DNA from: Bacteroidales bacterium
GTDB lineage: Bacteria > Bacteroidota > Bacteroidia > Bacteroidales > UBA7960
NCBI GenBank assembly: GCA_007130125.1
Contig: SLSZ01000066.1
Coordinates: forward strand, 7,578-71,577
DNA: 64,000 nt
Reading direction: 5' to 3'
This document shows positions 57,665-64,000 of the stretch, one piece after another. The translations under genes and the position numbers were made by a program. The notes beneath the pieces are model-generated. The model was not told the DNA's origin. It made no database searches and worked only from the letters and a program-made list of their open reading frames with translations. The first letter of the stretch is position 1. Every line of letters starts with the position of its first letter.

Positions 57665-60600
57665 GTGCATATATCGAAACACGTTAGTATTCAGTTTGCT
57701 TTAATATTTCTTGCTTCTGTAAAGCTTTTGCAGGCAGCTCCAGGTAATTTTGAAAACCATGGCTACTGGAAAAACCCGGAAGAAAGTTCAAGCTATGCAA
57801 TTTCTGAATCTAACGATCCTGATACAGATAACCCTGAAGAAAATGAGCCCACCACTGAAAGCGACCAACAGGAGCCAATATTACCATCATATGTTCTTAA
57901 TGACCCTCCACATGAAGGAGTAAGCATGGGTGATCCTCCCAACATAAAAACTGAATATATCTACGATCCGGAGGCAAATCAATATCTCAAGGTGCGAAAA
58001 GTGGGAGATATGATTATAGGCCGTCCTATTGTAATGAGTTTTGACGAATATCTTGATTATGATATGGATAAAGCTTTGCGTGATTATTGGTTTGAAAAAT
58101 CCCGTCCACAAGACTTTGAAAGACGCGACGGTATAATACCTGAAATATACGTCAGCAGTGAATTGTTTGAACGAATTTTTGGCGGCAGCACAATAGATAT
58201 CAGGCCAACAGGCTCGGCAGAACTTATTTTTGGCGTGCTTTCAAACAAAAGGGAAGACCCGTTCCTGGATGAAAGACGAAGAAGACAAACAAACTTTGAC
58301 TTCCAGCAAAAAATACAGGTGAGCGTTGACGCACAAGTTGGTGAAAAAATAAGGATTAGTAGTAATTATAATACTGAAGCAACATTTGATTTTGAAAATC
58401 AGCTAAAAGTTGAATACCAGGGTACGGAAGATGACATATTGCAACTTGTGGAAGCCGGCGACGTTACTTTGCCTTTACCGGGTACTCTTATAACAGGAAA
58501 CCAGGGATTGTTTGGCATAAAAACACAATGGAGATTTGGAAACACAACGATAACCAGTGTGTTTTCTCAACAAAAGACCGAAACACAAACCATTGAAGTA
58601 ACGGGCGGTGCACAGGTCAGTGAATTTGAAATACGTGCCGATGAATATGAAAGCAATCGCCACTTCTTTATTGGTCATCATTTCAGGGACAGATACGAAG
58701 ATGCTCTTGAAACTTTACCGGTTGTTAGCTCAAACATTAACATAACCCGTGTCGAGGTATGGGTAACCAATATTGGCGCTGCTACCGAAGATAACCGTAA
58801 CATTGTCGCATTTGCTGACCTTGGTGAAAATGACCCATATAATCAAACTATTGGGGGAATACCTGGACATCCGCCATCTAATGAAGCCAACGAACTATAT
58901 GAAATGGTAGAAGATAGCCCGATCAGAGATATATCACAGGTTAGCAGCTATCTTGCTCAGCATGGCTTCTCTGCAGGAATTGATTATGAAAATATTGAAA
59001 TGGCTCGTAGGCTGAGACCCAACGAATATACCATAAACACAAACCTCGGATTTATATCATTAAACCAATCTCTCAACCCGGACCAGGTACTTGCGGTTGC
59101 TTATGAATATGAAATAATTGGTGATGACAGAACATATAAGGTTGGAGAATTCTCGAACGATATTTCCTCTCCCAATTCATTAATCGTTAAAATGCTCAAA
59201 AGCACCACTGTGAACACAAGGATCCCGATGTGGGATCTAATGATGAAAAACATCTACAATATTGGTGCTTACCAGGTTAACAGGCAGGACTTCAGGCTTA
59301 ACATATTTTACGACAGTGAAGAGCTGGGTGTTCCAATAGGTTTCCTGAATGAAGGGCCGGTTGAAGGTGAGCCGCTTATCAGGGTAATGGGCCTGGACAG
59401 GCTTAACACTCATCTTGACCCCAACCCCGATGGAGTATTTGATTTTGTTGATAATGCAGCTACAAGAGGGGGTACAATAGAATCAGCAACAGGGAGAATT
59501 TATTTCCCTGTATTAGAACCCTTTGGGTCTCATTTAAGAAAAGTTTTAGAAAATGAAGAGCTCGGAGACAAATACGCTTTCGACTCGCTCTATACAACCA
59601 CAAAGCACCGGGCCCAACAGTTCCCAGAAAAAAACAGGTTTTTCCTTGAAGGAACATATAAATCTGAAGCCGGATCAGAAATTTTTCTCAACGCAATGAA
59701 TATACCTCCGGGCTCTGTTATCGTCACAGCAGGAGGAACCCCGCTTACAGAAAACGTTGACTATACAGTTGATTATTCTCTTGGCAGGGTGCAAATCATT
59801 AATGAAGGCATTCTTAATTCAGGAGCACCAATACGGATATCTCTTGAAAGTAGTGACATGTTCAGCCTGCAAACCAAAACCTTGCTCGGAGCACATGTTA
59901 ACCACAGGATCAGTGATGATTTTAACATCGGTGGTACCATAATGCGTTTATCAGAGCGCCCAATGACACAAAAAGTATCTTTTGGTGATGAGCCTATTGC
60001 AAACACTATCTGGGGACTTAACACAACATACACTACCGAATCACTTTTTATTACACGAGCCCTTGACCTGCTTCCTTTTTACAGTTCAAACACACCTTCA
60101 AGGATTACTTTTGACGGTGAGTTTGCTCACCTCATACCGGGGCACTCTCGTCATATAGGCAGTGCCGGTACTGCATACATCGATGATTTTGAAGGTAGCA
60201 AATCTTTGATCTGTTTGAAAAATGTTCATTCGTGGCACATAGCATCCACACCACAAGGTCAAACAGCGCCTCACATGTTTCCGGAAGGAGCTCCCGGAAC
60301 AGAGCTTGCTTTCCGTTATAATGTCGCTAAAATGGCATGGTATATCATTGATCCACTGTTTGTAAGAAATGACAACCTTACTCCGGCACATATACGTAAT
60401 GATGTTGAGCAACAATCAAGCCACTTTGTAAGGGAGGTTCTGGAAACTGAAATATGGCCAAACAAAGAAAGCCCTACAGGATTACCTGCACCAATACCTG
60501 TTCTAAACATGGCATACTACCCTGATGAGAGAGGGCCATACAATTATGATACAGAACCATCACCTTATAGCCACGGCACGGATGAAGACGGAAGGCTTAA

Positions 60601-63600
60601 CAACCCTGAAACTCGCTGGGGTGGAATAATGCGCGGACTGCACACTACTGACTTCGAGGCTGCCAACATAGAATATATAGAGTTTTGGATGATGGACCCA
60701 TTTGTATATGATGAAGATCACTCTGGAGGAGACCTGTATTTCAACCTGGGAGATGTGTCGGAAGATGTGTTGCGCGACGGAAGGAAAAGTTTTGAAAACG
60801 GGTTGCCTATTGATGAAAATGCAATTAATGTAGATACAACCATATGGGGCAGAGTCCCCACTCAACAAGATATTACAGGAGCTTTTGACAACGACCCGCA
60901 ATCAAGGCAGTACCAGGATGTCGGCCTTGACGGATTAAGCACTGAAGATGAAAGAACTTTTTTCTCCGAATTCCTTGACGCAATTGCCGCAATTCATGGT
61001 GCTAATAGTGTTGCATATGAAAAAGCTTTCGAAGACCCATCTGCAGATAATTATCAATACTATAGAGGCACCGAACACGACCAAAATCAAACATCAATAC
61101 TTGACAGATACAAAAATTATAATGGACTGGAAGGTAACAGCCCAACAGCAGAGCAAAGCCCCGAACCATACCCTACAGCGGCAACCAACCTGCCCAACAC
61201 TGAAGATATCAACCGTGACGGCACACTAAACGAATCCGAAAGATACTTTCAATACCGCGTAAGCCTGAGACCTGAAGATATGGTGGTGGGGGATAACTAC
61301 ATTACAGATATCCGGGAAGCAACAGTGAGGTTAAAAAACGGTGAAACGGAAAGTATTCGCTGGTATCAGTTTAAAATTCCTTTACGCGACCCTGACAGAC
61401 AAGCTGTAAACAATATACAGGACTTCAACTCTATAAGATTCATGAGAATGTTTTTTAAAGGATTTGAAGAAGAAATTATTTGCCGTTTCGCCACACTATC
61501 ACTTATCAGGGGAGACTGGAGAACATATGACAGATCTTTAACTGAAGCTGGAGAATATCTTCCTGTCGATGATGAACAAACCGCTTTTGAAACATTTACA
61601 GTAAACATAGAAGAAAACGCTCACCGCCAACCAATACCTTATGTGCTGCCACCCGGCATAGAAAGAGAAGTAGACCTTGGTACTACAGCACTGCAGCAAA
61701 GAAACGAGCAATCACTTGCAATGCGGGTCAGGGATTTGAAAGACGGTGATGCACGTGCAGTATATAAAAACACAAGCCTTGATATGCGCCAATACCGCAG
61801 AGTGAGGATGTTTGCTCACACCGAATCAATTGGAGAAGATGACGACCTTAAAGATGGTGAACTGACAGTTTTTATTCGACTTGGAACGGACTTTACAGGA
61901 AACTATTATGAGTATGAAGTCCCTATGAAAGTCACCAGATGGGGTTCTTTTAATCCCAGGGAAGTGTGGCCGGAGGAAAATGAGTTTGACATCTACCTTG
62001 AAAAGCTACAAGAATTAAAGTTGCAAAGAAACACTTTGTCAAGACAAGCAAACTCAGGAGTATCCGTCAACAGGCCATTTATGATGGAAGATGGTGATAA
62101 TAAAATGACTATCATTGGAACCCCAACTTTGAGTGATGTTAAAGTAATAATGATCGGCATCCGCAACCCTAAAAAAACAATAAACAATTCCGACAATGAT
62201 GGTATGCCAAAATCAGCAGAGATTTGGGTCAACGAATTAAGATTATATGATTTTGAAGACCAGGGAGGCTGGGCAGCATCAGGCAGGCTAAATGCGCAAC
62301 TTGCTGACCTTGGTAATCTTACTTTGGCCGGAATGATAAGCACTCCGGGTTATGGATCTATTGAAAAAAGAGTAAGTGAGAGACAAATTGAGCAGTTCAC
62401 CTCTTATGATATTGCTACTAACCTGGAGCTGGGAAAATTTTTCCCTGAAGATTTCGGGTTAAGAATCCCTATGCACTTTAGTTATTCCGAAGCTTTAAGC
62501 AATCCACAGTATAATCCTCTGAACCCCGATGTTTTGTTTGAAGACGATCTTGACTCTTATGAAACCAAAGCCGAAAGAGATTCAATAAAAAGAATTGCCC
62601 AGGACTTGACTCGTCGCAAAAGTATTAATTTCACAAACGTATCAAAGAGCAGAACTCAAAGAGGATCTACGCCTCGGCTGTGGGACCTTGAAAACTTTAG
62701 TGTCAGCTATGCATATACAGAAGTATACTCAAGGAACATAGACATAGAGTACGACAAGAGGCAAAACTGGAGAGGAAGTCTTGGGTACAATTTCACTACA
62801 ACACCTGACAACGTTACACCATTCTCTAATTTAGAGTTTTTAAGCCATGATGCATTCAGCCTCATACGGGATTTTAATTTTTATTATAAGCCCCGAATGC
62901 TTTCTTTCCGAACTGATGTTGAGCGTGGCTATAATGAAATTTTGATGAGAAACAAAAGTGAAGGCTTAATCATTCTTGAACCGAACTACGTAAAAACTTT
63001 TAACTGGGACCGCCTCTATGACATGCGCTGGGATTTGACAAGAAACCTGAAGTTAGAGTATTCTGCAATAAACAACTCACGCATAGACGAGCCTCCGGGG
63101 CGTATTGACAGAGGTGACGATGAGGGGTATCAGGAATATCGCGATGAAGTTATGCAAAGCATAAAAGGCTTTGGAAGGACAACATTCTTCAACCAAAGGG
63201 TTAACCTAACATACAATATACCTATAAACAAATTGCCTTTGCTCGATTTTGTCAACGCCAATGCCGGCTATACAGCTAACTATGACTGGGCAGCATCACC
63301 ACTTGCGGTGCAGGAAGATATTGGAAATACCATTGAAAATGCCAATACAAAAAGTCTGAATATAAATGCAAACTTCGTCAACCTTTACAATAAAATTGAC
63401 TTTTTACGCAGGGTAAACCAGGGTGGACAATCGCGAGGCCAGCAAAGACAACCGCAAAGACAGCCACAAAGAGAAAGAGGCCAGCTAAGGGGAGAAAACC
63501 TTGAAAGGGAAGGTATAGATGATGATGACGACCAACCAAACTATTTGTTAAAAATAGCGGAAGGTGTAACAAGAGTTATGATGGGCCTCAGAACTGCATC

Positions 63601-64000
63601 CATAAGTTATTCAGAAACCAATGGCACAAGACTCCCCGGGTTTATCCATTCATCTCAATATTTAGGCCAAAACTGGGATAAAGACGCTCCGGGATTCGGC
63701 TTTATATTCGGCAGCCAGGAAGATATTCGACATCAGGCTGCCAGGGAAGGATGGTTGGTAGATACTATGCTGAACACCCCTTATACCACAAACAAAACAC
63801 AAAACATATCAGGGCGTGCAACTTTCGAGCCTTTGCCGGATTTAAGGATCGACCTCTCTGTTTTAAGAAATAAAGCGCACGGCCAAACTGAATACTTTAG
63901 AGCTGACTCACATGGAAACCTCAATCAATCAAACAAAATGGAATCAGGTAGCTTCAGCATATCTTTCCTGTCGATAAATACTGTTTTTGACGATGTGGAT
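57665..64000 (+). CDS. sprA: T9SS translocon / cell surface protein SprA (Sov), N-terminal 2112 codons; continues past window end
   Basis: Not in the ORF track (GTG start, no stop in window). I read one open frame (positions = 2 mod 3) from GTG 57665, the first start after the in-frame TAA at 57650. Spot checks at 58442, 60002, 62342, 63422 and 63962 show no stops. It has a signal-like N-terminus (HISKHVSIQFALIFLASVKLLQAAPG). Text typical of SprA: GGSTIDIRPTGSAELIFG, NFDFQQKIQV, VEAGDVTLPLPGTLITGNQGLFGIKT, NRHFFIGHHFR, TRVEVWVTN, YFPVLEPFGSHL, EDINRDGTLNE. All listed minus-strand ORFs here are antisense artefacts. Confidence 0.9.
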   Translation, partial: MHISKHVSIQFALIFLASVKLLQAAPGNFENHGYWKNPEESSSYAISESNDPDTDNPEENEPTTESDQQEPILPSYVLNDPPHEGVSMGDPPNIKTEYIYDPEANQYLKVRKVGDMIIGRPIVMSFDEYLDYDMDKALRDYWFEKSRPQDFERRDGIIPEIYVSSELFERIFGGSTIDIRPTGSAELIFGVLSNKREDPFLDERRRRQTNFDFQQKIQVSVDAQVGEKIRISSNYNTEATFDFENQLKVEYQGTEDDILQLVEAGDVTLPLPGTLITGNQGLFGIKTQWRFGNTTITSVFSQQKTETQTIEVTGGAQVSEFEIRADEYESNRHFFIGHHFRDRYEDALETLPVVSSNINITRVEVWVTNIGAATEDNRNIVAFADLGENDPYNQTIGGIPGHPPSNEANELYEMVEDSPIRDISQVSSYLAQHGFSAGIDYENIEMARRLRPNEYTINTNLGFISLNQSLNPDQVLAVAYEYEIIGDDRTYKVGEFSNDISSPNSLIVKMLKSTTVNTRIPMWDLMMKNIYNIGAYQVNRQDFRLNIFYDSEELGVPIGFLNEGPVEGEPLIRVMGLDRLNTHLDPNPDGVFDFVDNAATRGGTIESATGRIYFPVLEPFGSHLRKVLENEELGDKYAFDSLYTTTKHRAQQFPEKNRFFLEGTYKSEAGSEIFLNAMNIPPGSVIVTAGGTPLTENVDYTVDYSLGRVQIINEGILNSGAPIRISLESSDMFSLQTKTLLGAHVNHRISDDFNIGGTIMRLSERPMTQKVSFGDEPIANTIWGLNTTYTTESLFITRALDLLPFYSSNTPSRITFDGEFAHLIPGHSRHIGSAGTAYIDDFEGSKSLICLKNVHSWHIASTPQGQTAPHMFPEGAPGTELAFRYNVAKMAWYIIDPLFVRNDNLTPAHIRNDVEQQSSHFVREVLETEIWPNKESPTGLPAPIPVLNMAYYPDERGPYNYDTEPSPYSHGTDEDGRLNNPETRWGGIMRGLHTTDFEAANIEYIEFWMMDPFVYDEDHSGGDLYFNLGDVSEDVLRDGRKSFENGLPIDENAINVDTTIWGRVPTQQDITGAFDNDPQSRQYQDVGLDGLSTEDERTFFSEFLDAIAAIHGANSVAYEKAFEDPSADNYQYYRGTEHDQNQTSILDRYKNYNGLEGNSPTAEQSPEPYPTAATNLPNTEDINRDGTLNESERYFQYRVSLRPEDMVVGDNYITDIREATVRLKNGETESIRWYQFKIPLRDPDRQAVNNIQDFNSIRFMRMFFKGFEEEIICRFATLSLIRGDWRTYDRSLTEAGEYLPVDDEQTAFETFTVNIEENAHRQPIPYVLPPGIEREVDLGTTALQQRNEQSLAMRVRDLKDGDARAVYKNTSLDMRQYRRVRMFAHTESIGEDDDLKDGELTVFIRLGTDFTGNYYEYEVPMKVTRWGSFNPREVWPEENEFDIYLEKLQELKLQRNTLSRQANSGVSVNRPFMMEDGDNKMTIIGTPTLSDVKVIMIGIRNPKKTINNSDNDGMPKSAEIWVNELRLYDFEDQGGWAASGRLNAQLADLGNLTLAGMISTPGYGSIEKRVSERQIEQFTSYDIATNLELGKFFPEDFGLRIPMHFSYSEALSNPQYNPLNPDVLFEDDLDSYETKAERDSIKRIAQDLTRRKSINFTNVSKSRTQRGSTPRLWDLENFSVSYAYTEVYSRNIDIEYDKRQNWRGSLGYNFTTTPDNVTPFSNLEFLSHDAFSLIRDFNFYYKPRMLSFRTDVERGYNEILMRNKSEGLIILEPNYVKTFNWDRLYDMRWDLTRNLKLEYSAINNSRIDEPPGRIDRGDDEGYQEYRDEVMQSIKGFGRTTFFNQRVNLTYNIPINKLPLLDFVNANAGYTANYDWAASPLAVQEDIGNTIENANTKSLNINANFVNLYNKIDFLRRVNQGGQSRGQQRQPQRQPQRERGQLRGENLEREGIDDDDDQPNYLLKIAEGVTRVMMGLRTASISYSETNGTRLPGFIHSSQYLGQNWDKDAPGFGFIFGSQEDIRHQAAREGWLVDTMLNTPYTTNKTQNISGRATFEPLPDLRIDLSVLRNKAHGQTEYFRADSHGNLNQSNKMESGSFSISFLSINTVFDDVD

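Overview
This is a 64-kb, low-GC (about 40% by eye), gene-dense chromosomal segment. It most likely comes from a member of the Bacteroidota. Evidence for that placement: the T9SS translocon gene sprA, a GH16 enzyme with a T9SS C-terminal sorting domain, GIN/DUF2807 proteins, a glutaminyl cyclase, TAnnTTTG-type -7 boxes, and a tmRNA tag ending in YALAA. I support about 48 protein genes (almost all housekeeping), one tmRNA (ssrA), one tRNA-Ser(GGA), several rho-independent terminators, and several short intergenic repeat or hairpin elements. Two real genes are missing from the ORF track because they run off the window: a MacB/FtsX permease (1-620, minus strand) and sprA (57665-64000, plus strand, GTG start). 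I found no transposase, integrase, CRISPR array, prophage, or recognisable defence or toxin-antitoxin island. The best candidate for something undescribed is metabolic. accD and accA are followed by a 5S-type (oxaloacetate/pyruvate) carboxyltransferase fused to an AccB-type biotin carrier. No biotin carboxylase lies in the window, and methylmalonyl-CoA mutase is adjacent. This suggests a split, ATP-independent transcarboxylase or a shared-carrier ACC/PC. Secondary leads: a sensor-less one-TM histidine kinase paired with a sodium:solute symporter; a GIN-domain lipoprotein next to a GIN-domain::beta-barrel fusion; a membrane protein embedded in the suf operon; and a set of distinct short repeats placed just 3' of genes (heptamer arrays, a CGGAT/ATCCG nested palindrome, a 16-bp tandem array). 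All protein identifications come from motif recognition by eye. No BLAST, HMM or Infernal search was possible.
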